This document shows positions 23,231 to 35,038 of a stretch of DNA of 64,000 nucleotides, piece by piece. The stretch's first letter is position 1, and each line of letters opens with the position of its first letter. The notes beneath the pieces are model-generated. The model was given only the letters and a program-made list of their open reading frames with translations, made no database searches and was not told where the DNA came from. This DNA comes from Octopus bimaculoides (lineage: Eukaryota). The position numbers and the translations under genes were made by a program. The DNA is taken from NCBI RefSeq assembly GCF_001194135.2, contig NC_069001.1, forward strand, positions 6,003,586 through 6,067,585. The letters are read 5' to 3'.

Positions 23231-26200
23231 GGAATGAAAAGAACCGAAAGAAATATAGCACACGGTATTTTCTCCGATGCTCTAACGATTCGACTAGTGC
23301 ATGGCCCTTAACAATTTTAAAAATATATAAAAATAGATGACGCTGTGTGTGTGTGTAAAAGCAAACAAATAAATAACAAATGATTAGTGAATGTCTGTTA
23401 TTGTTATTTATTTTTTGCTTACAATACACCAAAAGAGATTTCGGACCCATAGGACATCCTGGAGTAAACCAAACATCATGTGACTAATACAACGTGCGCT
23501 TTGGACGCATCTCTGTGTACATTACCTGAATATTTCATTGGATGTGCATCAGGACCCAGTATATTCATTCGATTAAAGGTGGTGTTTACAAGTTAATTCG
23601 ACCCAGCCTAATGCCTATCATTTAAGCACCTGATTATACACACACACACATAGAATAAGACAGAAGACAAAGAGAGACATGTGAGTGTATATGTGCCTGT
23701 GTGTATATGTCTGCGCGTGTCTGTGCATACACTAACGCGCATACACACGTATGTCATAGTGCATATGGCTGTGAATGGTTGTGTTTGCATGTGACTGTAT
23801 ACGTATGGTTGATTCCTTGAATGGAATGAGTTTTGCTCTGTGTATAACTGCGTCCGGTTGTGTGTGAGAGAGGCCATATGTGTGTAGTTTTAATGATGTT
23901 ACTTAGCTTTTTGTAATATCAGCAACACTAGAAGTGAATCTGTCTTCCCCTGGGAAGGACGTTCGTCAGTCCTCTACATCAAGATAAAGTGAGTTGTGTA
24001 TATCTTAAGCTCATATTACCATTGACATATTATTATTAACATACTTCTCATATACTCTATAGCGATATATACGAAAATTTATTCTTCTCAGCAATATCTA
24101 TACAACATCGTTAACCTATACCCCGAAACAGTGTGGCACATACTAAGCGGCTGTATGTATTGTAAATTACTGCACACATTCAAAACAGTGTTTCACACGT
24201 GAAAATACTATTACATACACTGAACAAATTAACAGTCAGTAAACCACTTAGGGGCAATTAAATAGACTTCACACTGTATTCTATTTTTAAATGCCACTTA
24301 ATTCAGTTATCTCCCTTCATCTTCACTATGCAACGTTTGAACTCTCCCATTTTAGATTAGTTTGTTATTTTTGCAGGCCTGTTTCGTTACAGTTTTTTTT
24401 CCTTCTTGTAGATTTATTGTTATTATTAGTGTACGCTTTCACTGCACTAACTTACCAGCTCATTGCAATTCCTCTATTGTACTGAAATTGAAATTAATCT
24501 ACGCAATATGTGTGCAGAGCTTATATTATCTATTTTAACAATATAGCTGAGTGAAAGTAGCTCAAGAGAGAGTTCTACGTATATAAAACACACATGTGGT
24601 AGAGTCTCAACGGAAACCTGATAAAGAGTGCGCTGGGAATCATATTTCTTTTACTCCAAATTGAATTACGCCGCTTGTGACCGAAAATATAACTTTAAGA
24701 CACTAACTGTTCCTCTGAATTAATTATCAAAGGATTCTGGGAACGAGATGTTTAAGATGAAAATATAAAATTTTGTTTCTTCTGAACACCTTTAAAATGT
24801 CAGAAAGACATCGAAAACTCGCGTAAAATACTTGTTCACTGTGATAAGACAAAAAATATTCTCTATGGAAGCTACATACCTACTCATTCTAGATTTCTTT
24901 CAAACAACATTACAAATAGACACATAATAAAACAAACTGTTACACGTATCGTAAAATTTATAAAGCAGAAACATTAGCCATGAAATTGAAAATAGGAGAA
25001 ATTTAATGTTTAGCATCACATAAACTATAAACTGCATTTAAAAACCGCCAAAATTAACTTTCTGACTGACCCGAATGTGAATTTATTATCCTAGCAAAGA
25101 GCAAACGAGACGTGTTTGTTAAACATAATTCGATACAAACATGGTTTAAAATTAGTCAAACCACGAATTAAACTTATAGAAAAATAACAGCAGTATAATC
25201 AGTTTGTGAAACTAAATAGACAGCATAATACACGATACAATACAAGCGTTTGCCCTTTGACAAAGTAGACTTTTTTCCATTCACTTTTAGCCCCTTCTTG
25301 TCAATGTTCTGAAGTTTAGCAAGATCTTTAACTTATTATAGTCATTTCGTAATTAGCATTATTGTGCAGACCAGCAGATATTAACTACTGTTTGAAGACA
25401 GTATTTGAGTCACACGTAATGGGAACGAACTTTTTGATATGGCTCTGGACTTGTCTATAATAGTATTGAGGCTTGTAGGTTTATGGAATTATGTATCTTA
25501 GACTCACATCATCTTAGGCTCTTCACACCTCAAAGATATAGACTTTTATAGAGATGTTGCTTGTTAATTTCCTACCATATGAATAGCCATAATCTTTTTT
25601 TTTCAAACCATATTTTGAAGAATCTAGGATATTGCTGTTATTGTATTTGTTAAATATCACTGGACTTAACGTTTCCTCACAACTTACACAATTGTATAAC
25701 TGAACTAATTTTGAAATATCATCAACAAAGCAAGTTTATTCTATACGAAATATTTTTCTAACTATAGGCTGAATATTTTGCAATTTTGTTGGAATTTCTC
25801 TGGAATTTCTCTGGAATTTCTCTGGAATTCCTCGATTAAAACTGGTTTTTTTTTTTTATTTATAAATATCCGATGAGCATTAAACATTTTTTCATCTCTA
25901 GCCTGCAAAATGCGTCAAAGGCTATACAGTAACAAAGTTTTATGGTAAAATATTTCGCAGGAGAACGTAAACGTGATATGATAGGAAAAGTGATATGATA
26001 GGAAAAAATTAGTCTGACTGTTGACCCTTGTACACGCTTGGGTTTCTTTTATTTATTTATTTATTTATTTAAACGCTGACCATCTGTTTTTCTTATACAG
26101 TCAATATATATCTTCCAATCTCACATTTTCCTTTCTTTTTCCTCTTTCTTCCGCATTTTTATATTACCATAACTTTCGTTATTTCCTTTCGCCGCTTATT

Positions 26201-26803
26201 CTTTTACATACAACAAACTCTTTCTTGTTCCCTCCTTTCAGTCACTTAATCACAAACCTCAGACTTTGTTATTCACTTACACAATTCTCTCTAATAAATA
26301 CGCCTTTTGTCCATAACAATTCAATCCTGATTCTTTCTCCATCCATTCAGTCATTTATTTACATAACCACAGGCTTTGCACTTTCTTATTTGCTTTCACA
26401 CCGTTCCCTCAATAGATCCAATGACACTACTACAGCTAATTGTATCGACTTATGTCATAGTTCAGCGAACAAACTTCTTTCTTCTTCCATTCATTATTTA
26501 TCTCTTTTCTTTCTATTGCTTTACTCATTTACTCTTCATGTTTATCTGTCTACTTCTTCCTTCTCTTTAACTTTTTCCATTTATTGCCTTGCTGTCTGAT
26601 AGATTTTTGACTCTGTCATTTATGTATATTCCGTAGTAGCCTTATAGCTAATTATTCTGTTAGCAGTTAAATANNNNNNNNNNNNNNNNNNNNNNNNNNN
26701 NNNNNNNNNNNNNNNNNNNNNNNNNNNNNNNNNNNNNNNNNNNNNNNNNNNNNNNNNNNNNNNNNNNNNNNNNNNNNNNNNNNNNNNNNNNNNNNNNNNN
26801 NNN

Positions 26804-26836
<33 letters not shown>

Positions 26837-26889
26837 CAAATACAAACAAACATATGCATATATACATAATACCTTTTCTCTCTTTTCAG

Positions 26890-27090
26890 GTGACGGGATT
26901 GGTCATTTCTAAAGCACTGCTCAAAGAAAAAGGTGGAAGTCAAATTTAAAAGTTCAAATCAAACAGATATAAGCAAAAAAGAAAGTTAAACCAGAAAAGA
27001 AAAAGTGAATCTCATCAAACAGATCAAGTGGGATGTATTTAACTCTTTGATGCTTGATGCCCGTAACTTGACTCATTGGTTCAAAGGAAG
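26890..27090 (+). other. Possible 5' UTR portion of exon 1 (acceptor at 26889/26890)
   Basis: ccttttctctcttttcag|G polypyrimidine tract plus AG 201 nt upstream of the ATG. Upstream ATGs lie in this stretch, so it is tentative. Confidence 0.35.
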
Positions 27091-27289
27091 ATGTCATTTG
27101 CAACCATAACTTTGCTATTTTCTTTACTTGTATGTACCATTCAGTTGAGTAATACTGCAGAAGAGAAACCCTCTTATTGGTACCCACATGACTATCCAAA
27201 CCCTCGAAAAGAACAGGCAAGATGTGGACGAGAACTGACGAAACCGTCTTGGCTTTGTGATCCTGATAAGCTTTTAACGGAAAAAGAAG
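27091..27289 (+). CDS. molo-1-like: Coding exon 1 of a MOLO-1-like (modulator of levamisole receptor-1 / TPM-domain) secreted or single-pass protein
   Basis: ATG at 27091 gives MSFATITLLFSLLVCTIQLSNTA (hydrophobic signal peptide), then EEKPSYWYPHDYPNPRKEQARCGRELTKPSWLCDPDKLLTEKE. This matches the YPNP..CGR..SW.CDPD..L N-terminal signature of the MOLO1 family as I recall it. It ends at the strong donor AAG|GTAAGC (phase 1). Confidence 0.85.
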
Positions 27290-28349
27290 GTAAGCATCAG
27301 AGATTTTTGTTTGTGATTTTCCCAAGGAAAGAGAGGAAGGAGTTCTCATGACCTTTGCAAGGCATCCTAGAGATTAGTGACATTAATTCAGCAGGGACCC
27401 AACTTGAAATTCTGAGGGTGACGTGTGCAAGAATAATTGTGCGGTGAGGTAACAGGGTTCCGGAGCGAATGCTCACAATGGAGTGAGCTCCATTGAAGAC
27501 ACTCAAAGCTCAGGTGATGTTATGCAAAGTCATGTGCAGTGTTTGCAAATTTTAACTGAAAGAGCAGCCCAGTTGACTAATCATGTATTCCTTATAAAGT
27601 AGGATAAATATTGACATTGTAGAATACCCATGCAATCAGCGTTTGAAAGCTTATATTCTGTCCTCTGAAATGATTCTAATTATAGCTCTGGAAATGTCTC
27701 CCATATATTAATAACATGGAAATTTTCCAAAGGATTCATTCCCCGTTCAGAACATATAGTTAAACGAAAGAACAGTGTCTAAATCCGCTTAGCTGAAAAC
27801 CCATTTAAAAACTGATTATTCCGGTATATAACCCCTTTCAAACACTGTCACACAAAAACACCACATCACTCTCGAAGTACATTTGTCTAAAGAAAACCAG
27901 AGGTAAGTCTTATGGCATTGTATCGTTTAAAGCGGTCAAATAATATTTCAGAGAAATACCAAATCATAACTTACACGACCTACAATGCACAGTAAAACAA
28001 ACCTAATGTGGACTTCCAGACGCATCATGAAATATTTACTATCTCTTTTCGGTGGAAGCAAATACAACACGAGTAATACCCCACGTCACGTGATACACCA
28101 TCATCTTGTCTTTTGTCCCGACAGCTACAACAAACATCCGCTAAAGATCTCTAGCTTCAAATTCATGGATGCTAAAGCAAAACCATGACATGAAAGTAGC
28201 TACAATCACTAACCTATATATACACACATATTAATTGCTGGTGTGGAACTGATATTTCGTTATTCAACTGTAACGTACAACCAAACATACTGCTAACACA
28301 GGTAGCTCATAGTATTGGCTTATAAAGCTTTTAATATACATGGGAATAT

Positions 28350-28535
28350 AAGGCGGCGAGCTGGCCGAGTGAAATGCTTAGCGGTATTTCGTCAAATTCC
28401 ACCGAGGTCGACTTTGCCTTTCATCCTTTCAGGGTCGATAAATTAAGTACCAGTTGCGTACTGGAGTCGATCTAATCACTGCCCACCCCCACCCCAAATG
28501 TTTCGAGCCTTGTGCCTGGAGTAGAAAAGAATACA
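28350..28535 (+). mobile_element. SINE family A with internal deletions
   Basis: aaggcggcgagctggccgag...aaattccaccgaggtcgactttgcc...cttgtgcctggagtagaaaaga. Confidence 0.85.
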
Positions 28536-28984
28536 CTTGGTAATGTTATATTTCGTTCTTCCTGGATCGAATTTCTCATTACTCTTGACATTTCTACTGT
28601 GGTTGTTGTTGTTGTTATAGCTGTTGTTACTCTTCCTGCTACTACCGCTATCATTTACATCTAGAGTGAGTGGGGACGTGTGACGGCGAAAGACAATTTC
28701 GCGTTCTACATCTCCTCCCACTTCCCTCTCTTGACAAAGACGACGCGCCATATTAAATTTTGCAAATTTTGAAAGGAAAATTAATTTTCTTTTCGAGTGA
28801 TTTTTGCCTCGCAGGGCAAAAAGAAAAAATTAGCACTGTTAATCAGACCAATATGATCTAGATTAACTTAGTCACAAATTATAACAATAAAATGTAACAA
28901 TAACAATCTTTTTAGAGGTAAACAGGGCACACACTTACGGAGCTCTGAAATACACGTCCATCTCTGGCAACAATAATGATAATA

Positions 28985-29120
28985 ATAATCCTTTCTACTA
29001 TAGGCACAAGGCCTGAAATTTGGGGGAAGAGGACAGTCGATTATATCGACCCCAGTGCGCAACTGGTACTTAATTTATCGACCCCGAAAAGATGAAAGGC
29101 AAATTTGAACTCAGAACGTT
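28985..29120 (-). mobile_element. SINE family A, partial
   Basis: ctttctactataggcacaaggcctgaaattt...tcgaccccgaaaagatgaaaggcaaatttgaactcagaacgt. Confidence 0.8.
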
Positions 29121-29455
29121 AATAATAATAAATCAGAGCACATACTGCAAAATAGTTTTCTCAGTATTTTAACTATTCTGTCAATTCACCTGATTTTAGA
29201 CAATCGATAAAATAGTGGATTGTACGAAACCTTGGTCCGGGCTCGGCAATTCTGATTACTTCTTATATGACAAACGCTTATCTGATTCTACACACCGCAA
29301 GTTTTACGAGTGAGTGTAACTAGTCGTTCTAAATCATATACGTGTGTATGTACGAATGTGTGTATGTAATTGTGTATATGTGTGCGTGCACGTGATGTGG
29401 TGCGTATGTATATATTTGTGTGTATGCATCTATGCATATATGTTTAATGTATATA

Positions 29456-29503
<48 letters not shown>

Positions 29504-29634
29504 GTATACTCGTAAATACATACACATACATGACTATATTGTTATACAAATACATATATNNNNNNNNNNNNNNNNNNNNNNNNNNNNNNNNNNNNNNNNN
29601 NNNNNNNNNNNNNNNNNNNNNNNNNNNNNNNNNN

Positions 29635-29670
<36 letters not shown>

Positions 29671-31450
29671 ACACATACATACCTGCATACATACATATAT
29701 GTCTGTGTATATATATATACATGGGCATACACACAGATACACACACACGTACGTACACACACACACACACAGATACACACACACACATATAAGCTTTTAT
29801 GGATATTATATTAGGAAGGATTGCTTTATAGTTGGTGCTACTTCATCTGCTGGCTAATATAATTAACAATGCAATGTAGTGGAAGCTATACTCTTGTATA
29901 ATTTGACCCTGCAGGGATCATTTATCACACATACACTTACGCATACACAAATTTAAGCAAATACGTACACACACTTACACACACACACACACATACATAC
30001 ATACACACACACTTACACACACTTACACTCACGTATACACACATCACATCTGCACGGCTCATTCGTAATCCTGCCGCGTGATTGGCTATAAATAAGATAG
30101 TGAATCATTATATCAGGATCCAGAAAGATTGTCTAAGAAATCGCCTGCTGCTTACAATGACAATTTCATTTCATTCTTCCAACTTCTTGGTATCAATTTA
30201 ATTAATTTATCGCGCAAATTCATTACGTGCGTACGTACGTACGTACGTACGAAGGGGCCTATGTACATTCATACACGTATACGTATATATACACATACTT
30301 ACGTACACAAACGTGCATACGTAACATGTGCACATGCTTACGTACATACGTGCACACACGTGCATACATATACACATAGATACGTACATATGTTCACATA
30401 CGTGCATACATACGTTTATATATCTATACATGCATACATAGATACATATATACAAAGGTACATGAACATGCACACATACATACATGCATACATACATAAG
30501 TACATCCATAGATGTATTTATATATACATGTATGTGTGTGTGTAAGTGTGCGCGTGTGTATCTGTGTATGAATGTCTGCCTATATACATATAGATGTATA
30601 TATACGTGTGAGTGTATGTACATATATATACACACACACACATACACACACACACACACATATATGCATGTGTGTAGAGGTATATGCATGCAGCCATACA
30701 TCCCTACATCACATAGCTGTATATACACACAATCATATATGATATATATGTAATATATATATATATGCACATACCCAAACATACATACATACATATACAT
30801 ATATATATATATATATATNNNNNNNNNNATATATATGTATATATGTATATGTGTGTGTGTGTGTGTGTGTGTATGCATAGGTGCTCGCATATCGATACAC
30901 ACATACACAAGGACACACAAACACAGATACACACAAACACACACACACATATACATGTACGCTAGATACACGTGTTTGTATACACACATATATCGATGTA
31001 ATTTGTGGATTCTCCTCCAATCACAGCAATGAGCATTCAGTTGTTTAATTAATTGAGTTTCGATTCCTGAAACTGACGTATAAGTGGCTGAGTATTTCAC
31101 AGCAGACACATGTGATTTTAACACAGTTGTGAGGCTGACAGGGTATGACATGATGTGACACAATGTTGAATCTTTGAATTGCAGGTGCAGAGAGAGTGGG
31201 GGAGCAGAAAGAAAGGAAGGAATGAAGGAAGGAAGGAAGAATGAAAAAACAAGAAGCAAACAAACAAAAAATCATAGCACTGTTAGTTTATCAAAGCTTA
31301 CCTCGGCTGAGTTTGAACCCATGGCACATACAGCACACAGTTGCAGAAGGGATACGCCATGGCATTCGATCTTACGCTCTGACGATTCGGTCCCGTTGGA
31401 CACAGTTCACATTTATCACACACATAGACACGAGCACACATGCAAGCAAA

Positions 31451-31548
<98 letters not shown>

Positions 31549-31638
31549 CACGATGAAAGCAAAACATGTAGCATCTGGTTAGTCACAGAGTGAAGGATAT
31601 ACGAAATCGCATGGAATGATTTTCCTAAAACATCACTA

Positions 31639-31880
31639 CAGTAATCCCTCACCATATCGCGGATCACCTATCGCGGATCACCTATCGCGGTTTATTATTT
31701 AAGCTTACGTCGATTCCTCCGTGATGTTGTTTTGCATTTATGATAAAATAAATATATACAAATTCTAAAAATAATTAAAAATATATATATACAGTACAGT
31801 ACTGTTTCTACTTCGCGGATTTTCACTTATCGCGGGGAACGTTTTGGAACGTAACACCTGCGATAGTCGAGAGATTACGG
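31639..31880. mobile_element. Tigger/pogo-like MITE (Tc1/mariner superfamily)
   Basis: TA|cagtaatccctcaccatatcgcgg ... ctgcgatagtcgagagattacgg|TA shows imperfect ~24-bp terminal inverted repeats, a TA target duplication and a CAGT start. A 14-bp tatcgcggatcacc repeat lies inside. Confidence 0.8.
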
Positions 31881-31889
31881 TATTATCAC

Positions 31890-32110
31890 TAAGGCGAACG
31901 TGCTGGCTGAACCGTTAGCACGTTGGACAAAATGCTTAGCGGTATTTCTACCGACTCATTACGCTCTGAGTTCAAATACTGCCGAGGTCGGTTTTGCCTT
32001 TCATCCTTTCAGGGTCGATGAAATAAGTACCAGTTGAAAACTGGGATCGATGTAATCAACTTACCCCCTCCTCGAAATTCGCCGTCGTCTGCCAAAATTT
32101 AAAACCAATA
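31890..32110 (+). mobile_element. SINE family A
   Basis: Full head-to-tail match to the consensus. Confidence 0.88.
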
Positions 32111-32539
32111 TTAGGAAGGAATAAATGTCTAGAAAGCAGGAACGCTTTATCGTTCGTGAATAAGTCAATGTTGGTCACTATTTCTTGTTAATATCACTTA
32201 GACTCACTATGGAGAGTCTGCGTGTGGACGAGAGTGCACTAAATGCTATCTTCAAGAAGACGCTTTGTTATACTTTTCTTATAAAAATTTTATCAAGTGA
32301 ACAAAAGCGACAAAGTTTAGGAGGATTGGTTTCAAAGCATCGTATGGAATTAGAAAATACAAGGAGTGGTCATCAACATATAAATAAGTTGAACAGCAGT
32401 AAGACTTTTTTCAATGTTCTCAGAATATAATTATAACAGAGCTGAGTGCTTTGAAGAAGTCGGATCTCAGAATTGTGAAGAAATGCAGATTAGATAAAAA
32501 CATTTAAATGCAGCTAAAAAAAAAAAGATAAAGTATAGG

Positions 32540-32650
32540 TGTGTTGTGTAGCTAAGACTTTAGGATCATGATAATAAGATCGTGGTCTCGATTCTTGACC
32601 GAGCGGTGCGTCTTGTCCCTCAGAGGAAGGCACCTCATTTCTCGCTGCTT
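32540..32650 (+). mobile_element. SINE family C head (diverged)
   Basis: gtgtagctaagac...gatcgtggtctcgattcttgaccgagcggtgcgtcttgtcc. Confidence 0.55.
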
Positions 32651-32949
32651 CAGAAATACTCAGTTGAAAATGAATACCATTTTAAATTTGAGAGGGATGG
32701 GCGTCCTTTCCAGGAGGTGTTGGGAAAAGTAGGATACTCCGAGTTTCCCCGATAGCTTCGACTTGATAATACAAAAGCCACAAAAGAAGCTATTCCGAAA
32801 AAAGAAAAAAAGAAACAGTCTGTCTTGATTGAAACGCCAGGGTCATTCGAAGACATTAGCGGGCCACAGTGAGTGAAAGATCCTTTCAACTATCAAAGCA
32901 TCAATACGTTAGTTAGCAATATATATATTAATGAAAAGTAAATGTAAAT

Positions 32950-33130
32950 AATTTAATAATGTATATGTTATCCCTTGAAGAAAATTGTCCAGGTCTCTAA
33001 TTTGTTTTGGGATAATGCTAAATAGAGCAGGGCCTGTTGAAGAATAGAAAATTCTGTTGCAGTGAATTAATGTGTTTTCGGTTTGAATTATATAGGAGGT
33101 GTATGGCACGAGGTCCTAGCCTTCGATAAA
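32950..33130 (-). mobile_element. CR1/L2-like LINE ORF2 C-terminal fragment
   Basis: The minus strand reads STGPALFSIIPKQIRDLDNFLQGI, resembling the GP.LFN.LP..+R...F...LD.FL tail of CR1/L2-group elements. Confidence 0.45.
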
Positions 33131-34423
33131 TACATATGCAGTGACAACCTAAAATTTACGTTGTCTGGCGTGGCTATATAGAATTGGGATATAAGATTCA
33201 AATTACTTCTCACGATTGTTGTCTTCGTGATTAATTAAAATCTGTTGCAAAAACTAACTGTATTCTGTATCTTAATGACGACACGATCGATGATATTAGT
33301 ATAGTAGCATACGCAATCTGTAGATTGGTTGCAAATTGAAGGTGAGATAAAGATAGCAGTAAAGTAAAGTGAGTCTTTGTTGTTCATTTGAGTCTGGGAA
33401 TACAGCCAGGAAATTTAGGGAAGAAGTTTTCCACTAAGTCCCTTATGTGCCTGTACCTGAAGTGCCGTCAAAACAGTGTGATTCAAGTAATTGTTCCATT
33501 GTTATTGCTGTATTTCCAAATAAATTGCCATAACGAGAAACAGTAACCGAAAATAAATCGTTTTATTCAGCAAAAACGCTCGACTTCAGTATACGAAGGA
33601 CAAAGAGTAAACGTCCGTATTAACTGCAAATGGCTGGCAGCCAGTTTTTAATTAAGATATACCATAATGCATCTGCAATAGAAAAAGCAATTCGTATTGC
33701 ACGCAAATGCATACACACACACACATAGACACCGATAGAATAACTACTAGGCTTACAAAGAATAAATCCTGCGGTCGATTTGCTCGACTAAAGGTGGTGC
33801 TCCAACATGGCCACAGTCAAATGACTGAAACAAGTAAAAGAGCAATACACACATCCATACAGACATACAAACAAATATGCATACATACATACATACATAC
33901 ATACATGATTTATTTCTTTGTTTCCTGGTAGAAGATGCAAAAGTGCACTCCGTACATACTGGATGCTCTACAATGCTTGATGTATGCATGTGGGTATCGA
34001 ATAATATTTTAAGGCAATGCTTAAAGAATTAAAGCGAACGTGAGCTTAAGAACAACGAGATCGTGGGTGGGGGTGTGGCTACAAAGAGAATCCTTTGTAC
34101 GCATTCGAAGACATTCTTGAAGATGTGTTCGTGTATGCGAGTGCGTGTCAGTGCGTGTGAGGAATATACGATGAGGAGAAAGACTTTAAGACTGCCGATT
34201 TAGTCTGAATGACGTCCAATACTTTTGATTAGAGGAAATGGAATGAAAACTGTGCTGTTCCTTGTGCTACATTTGAGTGTAATATGGTAATAGTGTGTAC
34301 TTGCGATTCCATGCAGTTTTTTTTTGTTTCTTTCTATTTATATGTATGATACATACATACATACACAGACACACATATACACACACAAACATTTAAATGT
34401 ATGCAAGTATATACATACATACA

Positions 34424-34459
<36 letters not shown>

Positions 34460-34519
34460 TGTCTATCTATATACATACACACCCACGCATACATATATAT
34501 AAATGTTTAGATAGATAGG

Positions 34520-34578
<59 letters not shown>

Positions 34579-34955
34579 GGATATATGAGACGTATATGTG
34601 TATTGGGTGTAATCATACAAGATGTGCACATCTAGTCAGACACGCGCACAAAAGCAACCACACAGATACATACACTCACACACACCACACACACACACAC
34701 GCACAAACACAAACGCAAACACACACGCATAAACACACATACACAGACATACACTCACACACATGTGTATGTACGTGTACATGTGCGGGCGGGCGTGTGT
34801 TGTAAGTTAAAGTAATGGAAAAGAATGTATATATAATTTATTAATTAGGTACAAATCCTTAGGCAAGTAGATTTAAGTGCCTTGCCCTGGAACATAAGCC
34901 AAATACACTCAACTCTCCTTATGTACTGACGCCTCATGATCATGGCGAATTATAC

Positions 34956-35038
<83 letters not shown>

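Noticed and set aside
26021-26599. 192-aa hydrophobic ORF just upstream of exon 1
   Set aside because: It is pyrimidine-rich low-complexity DNA with a non-ATG start and no recognisable motifs.
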